Below are positions 47,721 to 61,858 of a DNA stretch of 64,000 bases, in pieces (position 1 is the first letter of the stretch; each line of letters opens with the position of its first letter). The notes beneath the pieces are model-generated. The model had not been told where the DNA came from. It saw only the letters and a program-made list of their open reading frames with translations, and ran no database searches. The position numbers and the translations under genes are program-made. Origin of the DNA: Pseudogymnoascus verrucosus (Eukaryota); NCBI GenBank assembly GCA_001662655.1, contig KV460240.1; one strand, given 5' to 3'.

Positions 47721-50700
47721 GTTATAATTACACTTTCTATTTTCACACTCTACAGCCACCACTGTAAATTACTTGTGGATGCGCCGTACGTGCCTGCCTC
47801 GGGCCTTGAATTGAACCCCTCACAACGCCAACTGCCGGTCCGATATGCCAGCGGCTATAGTTGCTGAAAGTGAAAGTATTACGGCACGCGATGATTCTTA
47901 CCGCTCTTGCATATATCATCTCCCATCAGGCAGGTTATGTGTTCCTTACCATTGCGGAGGAGAGTGGAGAGAGTCTGAACACCCCCCCGTCGTTCTAGAA
48001 GTCTCACCCCGCCCGCGCTTAGCCCGCTTTTATAGCCTGAGGCACGGGCAACCAGACCTCGAAAAGAAAGTCGAGGCCCATTCGAGACTCTCAGACTTTC
48101 AGCCTTCAGCCGCCCCCTTTCAACCCCACAGGCTCTAAGTGGGACAGACATTGGCACGAAGTATTGTAGATTTGACACCGAGGCCCGCTCGAGCCTACCA
48201 AGACCGGAATTTGGATAGTTACGGGAACGGTAACGACAATATGGAACATCAAGTCGGACCGGGAAATGACCGCTTGCCCACTATTGGACCCGCCCCCGAC
48301 CGCCTTTTCCGTCGTCCCCAGGATGCGTTCCTTCACACCGTTGGACAGGCGGTCGGCCCTTTGTGCTGGCTGGCACGCTGTACCTGGACCCTGGATTTGC
48401 CGCCCCTGTCTGCTTCTCTAACCCTCAGAGAGAGAAGCGCATTAGGCATGTAACCATTCCTTTAGCCTACCATAGGGACCCGTTCTGCGGGATACGTTGC
48501 TATCGTTCCTCCCGGTGGAATATAAGGACTTCTGCTGGCGTCGCCTCGCAGGGCTGCAAGCTTGGTCATAGCGATATTGCTACTACTCTAGCGGCTCCAT
48601 CCACTACGATCTTGACACTTCATGATGCCTCGTGAAATGACCAAAGCGTTGTGCATATGGTAATACTTTTCGGGGAGACGGTTCCTACTCATAGCCCCCG
48701 CAAGCAATCAATGCATAGATCCTGCGTATGTACGAGCAGGACAGGATGATATGAGAGGAAATTGGTTGCGCCGACGGCCGGGAACCAATAAGGAAGCCCT
48801 TTTTCCCATACGTGACGGTGAAGAAACAGCACCTCTACAGCAGGACCGGCAGCGATGCGGGCCCAACGCACCTGCGTCGGACAATTGGACCAATGCCGGG
48901 TGGCCCATGAAATGCGAGGGCCATGCAGGTGGCGGTGGGGTCATTTCGCCACGGCCACATGGTTCGGAAATGGCAGACCAGAGAGAGAGGTGTCTGTTGC
49001 TGTTGAATTGCTAATTTCTAACTGCTATCTTCGGACTCGCCAAGACTGCCACCCTTCGGCATGAGGGGACTACTGCAACTGCACCGTACTCGTACTACTT
49101 GGGCCTGTCTCCGTGGGGTGCCATTCGTCTCAAGCATTTGCATGGAACGGACCACTGTGTAAACCCTTGACGGTGTGGCACTTGTATGGTAAGTATGAGT
49201 ACTCATACCTGTACTCTCAGTTGTGGAGGTTGCCGTGGGATAAACGGTTGACACTCACCTCAGTATCCACAATGGAAAATCATTAATATGGGAAGTTGCG
49301 TGGGCGGCCGCTCACGGATTCCTTACCATGGCACCGCATTGTAGAACTATTCCAAGAAGAGTACGGATGTGCTGCAGCCCTGCAGCGGTTAATCGACGGC
49401 TGGCTAAATCCGAGGAGACCAAGATGAAGCTGCAACTCCCCAACCTCGCCTTTGGATCAGATGAGCCTATTCGTCCCACTGGCCACAGAGTGCCGGAGCA
49501 CACCACGGGCTATCAGGACCATTTGACGGCTTTCACAGATGATGCACATGGGTTGAATCTTGCTGGTTGGGTGTGACGCAGCTACTGAGCGCCATCCATG
49601 CTGTTTGACGTCGTGCTTACCACGCCGCGGAGGTGCGGTTGAGCAACGCGAGATCCCAGTCCGTTGGCGTCGTTAGTGGCCCTACACAGTTTGAGGGGGG
49701 ACCTGTATCTTTTCCCAGCAAAGAGGAACGCAGCGGAGGTTAAGCAACTACGGAGCACGGTACTCCTCGTTGCAGTTCCAGAATAATTACAGTGATGGAG
49801 CAAAGCGGCAAATTGTTCTTATTCAGTGAGCCTGACATGGTTTTGCTTGACTCAAGACTACAGGTTTTGTCCCGCTTTGCTGTCTCATTTTCACACATGG
49901 CGAGTCACGTCGTGGGCATGCTGAACGTTCCACCTACTTGATTTGGCACCCATGGAGAAGCTTCATCAAGCATTGGCCTCACTACGCGGGAGCCGGGACG
50001 GAATGCTGCATCTGCAACCCCACATGCACATCGCCAGAAGAGGTTGGCAATCCGAGCAAGGATGCTTTGGACTGACTGGTTTCTCGCAGCCGTTTCGACG
50101 GGCACGAGTTTATATTAAGGTAGGGAATAAGTGATAGAAGGGGAGCGGTGGTTGGCGATCGAAATGGTTCACACCCCGAGTGATACCGTGCATGTTGACA
50201 TCTCGAAACCCCCAAACTTCATCAGATAAAGACGTTACAAACCCCCAAGGCAGCCGGGTTGGGCACGCGGAGCAATACTTGACGTACATGCCGTGCTTGG
50301 ACATACATGCCATGTGCATATCATGTTCTTGGTGGACATGCGCTGGCAATCTGCAATCTGAGGGCACACCCAGTCTGCTCGCTCCCTTTCAGGACTGGTC
50401 CGGTTGTCGGAATCGTGTTCCATGGGGCGCTCTTCAGAGTTGGAAGTTTTACGAAGCCAGAGTGATAGCGGCGAACGGCCAACCTTCTGGAGAAATGAGG
50501 CCAGATTGAAATGAGTCTCCTCGGAGCTCGTACACTTCGTGAATGCGGCTTGCTTAGTGTATAACCCTGTCTGATCTGTGCGAATGCTATTGTATGGATC
50601 GCCTTCACAGAACTGGACACAGACCTTGCGGGGAAGTGAGCTGAACCAACCCTTATGGATTTGGCTCTCAGGTGTCGCTAGAACCGCGAGTGATTGTTCT

Positions 50701-53700
50701 TATCCAATGAGTCGTGAATAGCGATACTCCTCAGCTCATCGCTTGCAGCTGAAAGCGCGCCTTACCGAGCTTGACACGGAAATGGCGAACTACCGGGAAT
50801 CTATAAGCTGGAGCATGCGCCAAGTATCGCAAGCTGAGACTGATCAGCCTTGTAGAGAGGGGACTGTGACCAGCTGTGATGAGCTCTCTCAAGCTTGTTC
50901 CACTACCGCAAGTTGGAAAGTTGTACTGTGTACTCCGTACTCCGTGCACCAGACCAGTTCGCCATGTATATTCGCCCATTCGACGCACACAACAGCTCAT
51001 CTCGAAGGTGTGTGCATACACAACGCGTAAGGCGCGGCGCAGTAGCGCCGCGAGAGCCAGTGGGCTGCGCGGAACAAGTGCAATACTGCAGATTACGTGG
51101 GACCGCCAAAGGTGGCGCAGCCGGTTTCGCTCATCTCACGATAGTGTACCCAAAGCGAGAAACGCGGGGAAGTGTGATGAAGGGGTCGCGCTACCTGAGG
51201 AGGAGTAGGGGTTCAACGGGAGGGGAGGCACACGTTGTGGAGTTGCATTCCGCCCGCTGCTTCCAACGAACACGCTTTGGACGGGAACATACTGGACGGC
51301 ACAGTATAGTACAGTGCACGCACTCACTACTCATAGGCCATTTTGCCACCCCGTCCTCATCCCAGCGAAGCTGTGAGTTACAGATCACCTTGCCATTCTA
51401 GGCGCGGAAGTTGAATCCACAAAGTTACCAGGCGTTTCTGAGACACGGCAGAGCCAGCCATTTGGTGTGTGTGGCATCAAAAGCCTGGTTGGCGGCAACC
51501 ACACCATCGCCAAGATAGTAAGCTTGTGGACAGCAAGGAGGGGCAAGCTCAGACGCCTGTCCCACAGGGCTTTGCACGTTTACGTTGTACCCAACAACAG
51601 GCCCGTTTTTACCAGACACGGCAGAGTTGGGACGGCTGAGAGTGCTGGATCGACAAAAAGGAAGTTGAACTTGAAATTAAACCCGGCCACCCGCAACATG
51701 TTATCAGTAGCAGTGTGGGGTGATTGGTAACAGAAGCCGTCTTGTCTTGTCGACTCCAGCAAAGAAGAAGAAGGACGTATAATTCTTGTGCGAATACTGC
51801 GGAAATCAGAATATCCGACAAATGGCGTGCCCCACGCGCGCATGTCTAGTATACTGCACTATATTACTACTCGTACCTCTCGCCGGGAGGATACTTGTCC
51901 CGGACTTCGCATAGGGCCAAGTAGGGCTGAAGGATTTCAAGCCCGTCAAAACCATCCGCTTATCATCCGAACCCGCCGCCCGCCTGGCCGTCCGTCCGTC
52001 CCGCATACGATGTAGTCAGCAACCAGCAACGCTTCAGCAACGCTTGACCACATCCAATCACTAAATGCAACCGTGCTGTAACGAACAGGAAAATGCCCAG
52101 CCAGCTAAAGGAACGGAGCCATATCCCGGGCTTTGCATGGGCCACTCGGGCGGGAAGGAAAAAGGAAGAAAAAAAGGAAGCACATCAAAGGCCGTGGTTG
52201 AGAACGTGGTGATGGGATGAGCAGTCGAATACCCAGAATCAGGTTTAATGGGCTCCATCAGTGGCTAGCAGTGCACAGCACCGTTTTGCCCAGTACAAGC
52301 CACTCTCCAGGGCCCTCTCTCACTGCCTTGCCGCGCGCATAAATACACGAGCGAACATCCTGTTTCACTAACAATAGATCGACCTTCAGCTCTTCCCTTT
52401 AGGCCCTTGACTCCGGCGAGCAGAGGGGAGAACTGTGCAAGAAGTGGACGCAAGACAGTGGAATCAGTGGAAACTGCCGGATATATCCGTCTTCTTGGCC
52501 TGATCTCTTTAGCTACCACTCCGAGCCAACCAACCATAGCCCCCGCTCGACTACTGCTACATAGGACTGTGCAGTGCTGTACACAGTAAGTTACCCTGTT
52601 CGTACTGGTACGATTGATCCTAAGGATATGCAGTCAGCACTCTTCTCACTTCCCACAGTCGACCATGACTTCAGGACGAGGGATTCAGTGAGGAAAAAAG
52701 ACGATAGCTGGGCGATCTTCGACATGAGCCCCGCTGTCGTCAAGTTCTGAGCTCAGAGACTGCCTCGGCCAATATTATCCATGTTGCCCATTTAACCTCT
52801 GGTTGCTCCTTCTTGTTGCGGACGGGCGTGCGAACAGACGTTCTCCCGCGACGCTTTCCAGAATGGACCCCGACTATGACAAAGCGCTAGGTCACTTACG
52901 TCGGCGCACAATCGTCTTACTTTTGATGGTGGATACTGATTGTATGCTTGTACTGGAGTACTCGCGCTGAGGCGCAGGACCACGTACATACTCGTGTACA
53001 TACTATACTATGCCATACTGTACGGAGCGAAGGGCAGTTTTACATATTGGAGGGAAGAGGGTAGGAAGGCAGTGGGCACAGTACAGGGCGAAGGAGCCGT
53101 GAGCTGCACTTCGTTCCTGCCCCAGAAACCATTGTCTCTACGCCTGAGTAACTTCTCAGACATGCGGTCCAGCGTACGCTGCAGTACTGTACTCCGCAAG
53201 TACGTACATACATCATCCACTTACCCAGCTACAGAACTCTCGGTACAGTACTAGTAATACTATTGCCTTGCCAAGCAGCGATGGCAGCACTTGGAGGGCG
53301 CTACTGTTACTACTGTTACTGCCACCACTCTTACTATACTACTTACTAGTAGTAAACTGTACACAATTACAGTACTACAAGGACCATTCTGCGACTATTC
53401 TAGTACAAAGGCACGAAGGGACCAGGGGACGGCACCACCACTCCCACTACTCCCACTACTCCCACTACACCTCAGTTCAATGTTGTAGTATCTCCACTTC
53501 GCTTCCTTTCCTTCTCCTCCCCCCATTCCCTTTCCCCACCTCTACTTACCTCCCTACTACCCCCCCTACACCCTCTCCTCGCCTCTCTCCTCTCCTCTCC
53601 CTCCTCCTCCCCTACCCCCCTTACCCTACCCCCTCACCACCAAACACCACCCCCTCCCTCCCTCCTCCACCTCCACCCCTACACACAATCATATACCATG

Positions 53701-54388
53701 TTCAAAATGCACTCTCAAGGTGGTTATACTTAGCCCTGATTATATTATATCCCTACGCACGCCGTTCTTTGGGGGTCAAACTTGAGTACTGTACTCGTCA
53801 AACTTCCCTTACTATTGCTCTTATTACTCTTATTCCTCCCCCCCCCCCGTTTGCCTCATTGTCTGCCTCATATACCACCTAAAACTACCTATTCCAGTAC
53901 TATACGACTATACGGCCCTTTTACTCCATCTCCACACTCCTACAAATCCCCTATTCTACCCCCGTCTCAAACTATCTCAGTGCCACTGTGGAAACCCTGA
54001 GACATTTGGGGCGAGGTTCCGATTTCTGATACCTATTGTCACCCTATCGCCGAAGTACCGAACCCCTACGGTACCGTCCCGCCGACCCTCCCATTTTCAG
54101 CCTTCTCCAAAACAACCTCGACAAGGCGGCTGATGAAATGACATAGACATCAGGCTAACTCGTCGCCCCATAGACGGGACTATTCACTTCATTTCGCATC
54201 GCCTTACTTATTCCTTGCCTCTTTTTTTACGTTTATGCCTTCTGGATATATATACAATTCATGGTTCGTGCTCTCTCGGTCAGTCCGTGAATTGTCGCCA
54301 CTCTGGAATAGGAGACGCGCCAGCCTCCTCCGCCGCCTCCACATGCTGCACAGTTCAGCTCGTGGCAAAGAAAAGACGTACGATCATC

Positions 54389-56736
54389 ATGGACATCCCT
54401 CGCTATGCGTCGGCGCATCGCTCGGCATTTGCGCTGCCCGAAATATACATACAGACCTCGAATCCGTCCGAGAGGAAGGCCATGACAATTCGATCAAGCC
54501 CTAACACCCTGGGATCCTCTCCACCCTCCTCTGCCAGCCCTATGTCGATACCGAATGCGCGGGACGACGACTCGCCGCCGCCACCATTACCGCCACCGCG
54601 GTACGTCAATCATGAGCGAGAAGGAGGGAGTGGGGCGAGGACAGTTGACCCGGGTTGGGAATGGAGCAATTCAAGAGAAGAGCATGGTTGGGGGAAACCA
54701 TCTTCTGTAAAATCGGGTTCGAGTTTATACGGAAGCTTTGCGGGCTATGGGAACGGCATCATGGACGCTGTTGAATATCGCCGTGGGAGCTCTGCCTCTA
54801 CCATAAAATCCATATCTGGAGTCGACTCATACAATAGCTCGTGCCCGAAGGTGGACGAGGGCTATGCAAGCCTTTCTACGTGCGGAAGCATAGGCTCTAC
54901 CAAGTAAGTTAATGGGATTTCTTGCGCGTTGGTTTGGCTATGCTGTTATGAAAATGGATTAGCGGCAGCGTCAAGTTCATGTGTTAAGCTTCATGGACTG
55001 TGGGACTATTGAAATACCCGAGAACTTTGCTAATATTGGTGGTTCTATAGTTCGAGGCATGAAGATTCGATACCTGGGAGACCTGGCTTCCAAAGTTCAG
55101 TACACGAGAAATACCGGAGCAATACACAGACATATGACAAATCCGTACTACAGAAGCTCAACTCGAGAAGGGGAGGCGATATTTCAACATCCCCCCGAAG
55201 TTACGGAAGGGCACCTTTCAGCAAATCTTTCAACGATAGCGTGCCATCGTCGCCGTTGGGCCAGAAGCATGGGCTGTCCCACCAGAAGCCTTTATCTCTG
55301 CCAGCAATGAACTCGAAACTCAGTCCCTTGGAAAGTCCAATTTCTAGGTGGGCGAGTGGAGGTTCAGCACCCAATGCACCACTTGGTATGCGTAATGGGG
55401 GTCAATATGGATATAGGTCACCAAGCGAGCGGGACGATATGGAGCAATCTCCACGGCCATATAGCAGACAAACGACCCACGATTTTGACGACGCTTCCAG
55501 TACGGTTAGCTATTCATATCAAGGCAGCCACTACACGGATAATGAGTCCGACTTCCCCATGGAGGAGACCGGTTTCCAACGCCTTCATATCGACGACGGG
55601 ATGAGGCGATCGGATGGGCAACCACTGAGCGCTGCTGCTGGACAGAAGCGGAGGGCGTCCTCGCCTCCCCTTGACGACGGACCACCATTACTTCATACGG
55701 CTACAAGCTTGAGTGATTTGTATAGGAGGAGGGAGCAAGCCTCCCGTGCCTCGCCAGCTCCGCGGAATCATTCCAACCACGGATCTATTTCTTCGTCTAC
55801 CTCTGGGCCTCGAAGCGCATCTTTAAATTCTGTTCCCTCGCTAGCTGCTAGCAGCATGAGCACTGTTGATTCTTACGGCCGACTGTCTCCAGGGGGTCGT
55901 TCTCCTGGCGCTATTTCTCCTCGTGGATATTCTACTGATACCTATTACCCTGGCGCTGTTTCTCCCCGCACGATGGACGGCCATGATTCGCCCTTCTCTA
56001 TGTCGCTGGCTGCTACTAGCGCGACTCTCGAGCACCCAAGACTCCCCCACAGGGCTATCCCTGATTCGAGGCCTATTGTCTCTGCGCATAAGACTCTGGA
56101 TACCATCAACCAGCCAAAAAATGGCATCCTGAAGGTCCAAAGCGGATATGTGTGCGACTGCTGTCCCAAGAAGCCCAAAAAGTTCGACACGGAGGAAGCA
56201 CTAGCGTAAGTTCCAAACCCCTTATTTTCCGTCATATTATGTACTAATTCGTTCCCAGCGCCCACGAGTCCGAGAAGCAGTACGAATGCGCATACTGCAA
56301 GAACCGCTTCAAGAACAAAAATGAAGCCGAGCGCCACCAAAACTCCCTTCACCTCCGCCGCCACTCCTGGTCCTGCGCCGCGCTCACGGGCTACGTAGAC
56401 GCTTTCCATACCTCTCCCACCGCGCCCAACGACGCCGACACCTGCGGCTACTGCGGCGACGAGTTCGCGCGCAGCGGGACGGGGATCCTGGGGAATGGAC
56501 AGGAGGGCAAGGTGCCGACGGAGCGGGATTGGGAGGCCAGGATCCAGCATCTGGTTGATTTGCATAAATTCCGCGAATGCAATCATACGAAGAAGTTCTT
56601 TCGCGCGGATCACTTTAGGCAGCATCTTAAGCATAGCCATGCGGGGACGAGCGGAAAGTGGACGAATATGCTGGAGAATGCGTGTATGAAGGATGAGCCG
56701 CTGCCGGTGGCGAGGATCAATGAGGAGGATGAATAA
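54389..56736 (+). CDS. C2H2 zinc-finger transcription factor (Ser/Pro-rich N-terminus, C-terminal finger cluster)
   Basis: Exons 54389-54903, 55051-56205, 56259-56736. YVCDCCPKKPKKF..EALAAHESEKQYECAYCKNRFKNKNEAERHQNSLH, CGYCG, HKFRECNHTKKFFRADHFRQHLKHSH. Confidence 0.92.
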
Positions 56737-58819
56737 CAGAAACAATGGTAGATGAGACAGACGGACACGGACCAGACCAAAAAGATCGGACCGAAATTTA
56801 TAGGGGAAGACAATTTTTCACAGGGTGAGAATGCTAGGGGCAATGGTTTTGCGGCATACAGAACAGGGAGATTCATTCATATTTGGAGTTATTTTATGAT
56901 GTCTTTTGGTTAGCATCTCATCTACGAAGCACAGCAGCTTCTTAACGAACGAACGAACGAACGAATATTGCATATACTGGAGCATGTTATATGGGAAACC
57001 TTGCTTGTTTTGAGCAGGGAAGGGGGGGGGGCTATTTGGATTAAAAGAGCGCGCGGTTTTGCGCTGGGAGTCAGTCGAAGGGTGATTAATCCAGGGGAGG
57101 GTTATGAGAAGGTTATACACTTTGGAGGGTGATATAGGCAGTGACGCACGTGGTGCTGGGAAAGAAGCACTGGGCATGAGGGATGAGAAGGGCATGGCTG
57201 CCAAGGGGGTTGGTCAGCGAAGGATGAATATATGGATGGATAGATAATGAGAGGGGGGATCGAGAAACCTCCTCCCTCAATCATGCCATTTTACACTGCC
57301 CATTTACAGCACCATGTTTCAAGAGGCTGCCTCCCATGTGACCATTGAACAAAATGAGACCCCCATATGACCGGAAGAGAATGGCATTCTATTACACATC
57401 CACCCCCAAATAAACGTATTAAGAAACCAGTCCCTCAGCCCTGTATCAAGGAACCCGGAACCCCGAAGCCCCACCTCTTCTCCTGATCCCCTGAAGCCCG
57501 ATGAAGTGGGTAGGGCAGATACACCGAGTATCGATCCGCAATAAAGCCGTTATTAGCAAGGATTCCTTCTTTTTCGGTTTCTAAACCCCCCGGCAGATGG
57601 GGGCTCCGTTTGTTCCATTCCTTCCATGAGATGAGATGAGCCTTACAACCCCACCCATCTCCGGACTACCGAACTCCCCTAATCCCTTATTTGCCCCGCC
57701 AAAAACCGGCATTGTGTCGTCACCGAGCCGCCGGGCGGGATAACTTTTGCACCGGCTGCCGCCAATGGGGGTGCGTAACTGCTACAAGCACTCCTTGCCG
57801 CTGGGTGGGGGATAAGCATATCTGCCCTCCTATGGTGATCTTCCCCCCCTTATAACAAAGGTCGCCTGGGATCTACGTTCAGATCGTCTGTGAGGGAGTT
57901 GAGGAGAGATGCTGTAGGATAGACTACCGAGGCTGGTTGGTGGCGTAACGGCGGAGGGATGGGATAGTAAGCACTAAGCTCGGGTGTGGCTCGAGCGCGA
58001 GGAGGCGTCAGCCACGATGGGGAAGGGCAGGGCGCGAGTGGTGGAGGGAGGAAAGTTATGACTGATGCTGTGGCGTGGCGGCTTATGGTCGTGGGTGATG
58101 CGGACGGAGGGATGGAGGGGTGATCGAGGAATTCCGGATCAGCGCTGATAGAAGGAGTAGGGCTGGATCGAGAGAGGGTAAGCGTCCCGTTGGCCCCTAA
58201 CCGTATTCTGGTAATTTTGCGTGTTCGAGATCATCTGGGGTGGGCATTGGTTGCAAGGCTCCTTCCCTGGGTCGTTCGCCGACTTCCAGAATAGTTCAAG
58301 TCAGATTTCTCACTTTAGGATGGTCCCATCCCGCGTCTAGTTTGGGGAAAGTATCTTCCATGGCCGTGGTACGAGAACAGTACATGATTCCACCGGTATT
58401 TGCCCGCCATCCCAGTCCTGGTAAAGGATGCCACGGCGCTCGACATGCAGTCAGCAGAGTGCTGACAGCCTTCTACCACCACGATTTACGCGGAGGGCGG
58501 CATATGTGCACTGACGTGTCAATTCGGACTCGCCGAAGTGGGCATGTGCGGGGCACGCGAGCAAGGCGTGTTGCATCTCTGGGACGGACCGGCTCGACGA
58601 GATGGGAAGGTGATGCAGAACCTCATGTCCGGTCGAAGCCCCGCCGAAGCTCCGTAGGGGGCAGTTTGTGGAGGGTGCGGCAGTTACGCAGTTAGCGCAG
58701 ACCCAGATGTTTTGAGACTTTCTTCGCAGGGCTGGGGAAAAATTGGGTCATGGCGTGGGGGTTTCGTATATCGTATCCAGGCTCGCTTTGGGGGTGGGGT
58801 TGGGGTTGGGACCGTGTGT

Positions 58820-59505
58820 TCAGCGGATGTCTTTGGGGACGCTGGGGAAGAGGTTTGGGTTTTGGAAGCGTTCGCGGTTGCGTTTTGCGATTTCCCCTGC
58901 TCGCTTGCGGTCAAGGCGTTTTTGGTAGAAGGCCCTGTGAAACGTTAGATGTACGTAAAACATAGCTTTTGGTTTTGGGAAGATTACTTTTGGAGAGCAA
59001 AGACTCGGGGTTCTTCTTCCGGTTCTTGGGATGTAGTATCTGGTTTCTTCTGTATATTGTTAGTATTGCTTGAAGAGTTCACGTGATAGGAATGCATCTC
59101 ATACGGTGTCGTCGTCCTTTTTCTCATCGCCCTTCTCCTTTTTATCTTCGTCTTTCTTGTCCTTGTCCTTCTCCTTCTCCTTTTCCTTCTCTTTCTTCTT
59201 CTTTTGCTTCTCCTCAAACTCCTTCTTCACCCGCTCTACCTCGTCCTCCATCTCCTTCTTCTTCTTAGCCGCTACCGCAGCTTCATCTATGATAGGAGTG
59301 CAGAAGCCCTTGTCCTTCAAATGGCCAGGGCAAATGAAAAAAAAGTCCTTCTAAACATTAGCTATAGTATCAAGGTGTTGAGTAACGAGCGTACCTTGTT
59401 TTCAGGAACAACGAGCACGCTGGTGCTCGGTTTGAAGCATATATCACATGGCTTTGATGCTGTATCTGCCACTTTCCTGTGGGTGTAAATGTTGGGGAAC
59501 GCCAT
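58820..59505 (-). CDS. Vps4-associated protein Vfa1-like (DUF1742)
   Basis: Spliced reading MAFPNIYTHRKVADTASKPCDICFKPSTSVL..DFFFICPGHLKDKGFCTP, a K/E-rich coil, EPRVFALQKAFYQKR...LFPSVPKDIR*. Three introns. Confidence 0.85.
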
Positions 59506-59990
59506 AGTTCAAATGCTCTGTTTCAGAGTGGTTATGTTTTATTGTTACACTTCTCACTTTGATCGGGGTTTGGCGGAGGTTGAAGATATATCTGCTGCGG
59601 GGACCAAGGGTTTGTTGGCAAGATAACGGCATATAGCTCACCGTAGTAGCTACTGATAGCACGTGCGATATTATACCTGTCTGTTAAATTGTCTCTCAAG
59701 ATACCAGTATTTAAACTAATAGAAATTATTATTTTAGCTATACTGTTAGGCAAAAAGCAAAGAAAATTGTAGCTCCGACTGGTTTAAATTATTTATTTTA
59801 CTTATGATTCCATTATATATAGTCCCTTCAGACTTTTGGGCGGCACCACTGTTCTTTATATGGTGGAAATGTACTTCCAGCACGATAGGCCGGCGATAAG
59901 GACGCGCCGTGCGCGTAGCCAGGGCGTCATTATTTCAAGCTGCATTTGTTTTCCTCCAGCAAATCGCCACAAACGTACAAATTCGACAAC

Positions 59991-61504
59991 ATGAGTCAGG
60001 CACTAGACCAGTCAAATCTAGAACAAGCCTTCAAAGATAGGCCAGATATCGTTGGCGCGATACAAGCTGCAGCTAGTAAGATACATATGATTTCCTCTCC
60101 TCCTTAACGACTTGTTTGATAGAAGTGCAGTATAGTATGGACTTCAGCTGACCTAATGCAGCTGCCCCGGCTTGGGCAGAGCTATTCAATGAGATCTCGT
60201 CTTACATAGTCAATTTACGACGAGAATTGGAGCCGTCAGCCTCGGACCCAACGTCTAAGAAGAGGAAGCTTGAAGAGGGACTGCCTATTCAACCTAAGAA
60301 AGAAGCCACCGACACCCAACCGCTAGCGAAAATCGCCAATGGATTCGACCATGCAAATGATGAGGCGTTATTACAAGTGAAGGAGATTTCTATGGTGGTT
60401 CCTCTGCGCAAGAAGTTCACGATTGAGTTTACCAAGAACCATATCCAAGCGCGAGACCCCAAGACAGATGAACTTGTCCCTGGGACAACATACCCGTGGA
60501 AGGACATAAGTCAGTTTCTGCAAAATTGAAATGCTGCTCAAAATTCTAACAAAAGGATAGGCCATGCATTCTGCCTAACGGTTCCCGAAAAGGCGCAAAA
60601 GCAGTACAACTACATCTTATTCCTCAAAGACGCACATATTGTCACGCCACGACACGTCCAATATGGGCCAAACCCGCCTGACCCGCTCGTCCTCACTATT
60701 CCATCCACGGCGCCTAAACCAGGGAGCATTTCGGGCAAATCTCTCAGTGCAGCATCCGCTGTCTCTGACCAGCACAAAACGCTTTTTGACTTCTTCATTA
60801 ACCAACAACTGAAGGCGAATGGCCGTAACATTTCTATCGTCGAATCTAATTGGAAGGTCTTCTCCAGCGCGGGCAAGGAGGCATACAAGCCGAATGACCC
60901 AACGGTGCATGTGAAGGCTTTCCGAGGCAGCAAGGATGGATACTTATATTTCCTACCAGGCGGAATACTATGGGGCTTCAAGAAACCCTTGATATTCCTG
61001 CCCAAGGAGCAAATAGTGGCAGTGAGTTATGTCAACGTGCTACAGCGGACATTTAATCTGGTGATCGAAGTCGATGTCCGATATAAGAAATCTGATGGGA
61101 CCTATGAGGAGGAAAACGAAGAGTTCGAATTCGGAATGCTCGACCAGGAGGATTTTGCAGGTATTGATGCTTATGTGAAGCGTCATGGCTTGCAGGATGC
61201 TAGTATGGCTGATCAGAGGAAGGCAAAGAGGCTGGGTATCAATACGGTCAAGGGAGAAGATGGGACGAAAGTCGATGTGGGAGATGCGGGGGAGTTACAG
61301 AAGGCCGAGCTGGAATTGGGAGGTGAAGTGCTCGATGAGGAAGACGAGGGGACCGAGGGAGAAGATTATGATCCTGGCACTGATGGGGAGAGTGAGGGTT
61401 CTGGATCGAGTAGCGACGAAGATAGCGATGAGGAGGGTGGAGGCGGTGGTGGAGGAGATGAAGACGACGAAGATGATGATGACGAAGGCGATGAAGAATT
61501 ATAG
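59991..61504 (+). CDS. RTT106: Histone chaperone Rtt106
   Basis: Introns 60076-60161 and 60510-60560. FCLTVPEKAQKQYN, HVKAFRGSKDGYLYFL..GILWGFKKPL, QRTFNL, EFEFGMLDQEDF and an acidic tail. Confidence 0.92.
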
Positions 61505-61858
61505 ATGCTATATGACATATACAGTTTTGTAACGACATTGTGGAGGTACGGAAAATGGGTGTAATTAACTACCAGCGCTGGGGGTTAGATAATTGCAATT
61601 GCAATTGCAAATAGGAGATGTTTTTAAATTCATAATTTCCACCAAAATCAAACTTAGTCTTGATCAACCATTAATTGGCACTTATAACGAATAATGTCAC
61701 CCCAGGGAAACATCCATCTTATGCACAACTTGTCCCGGTAATTTCATATATATATTGGTCTGCTTCTTATTTACCTGTCATGATGCAATGATGCTAAAAC
61801 GCTGGTATCACTTATCAAAACCCCCCTCCTCTTTCTGCCACAGCAACTCTATATATGC

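Noticed and set aside
50230..52900. Numerous overlapping short ORFs
   Set aside because: No recognisable protein or transposase motifs; treated as intergenic
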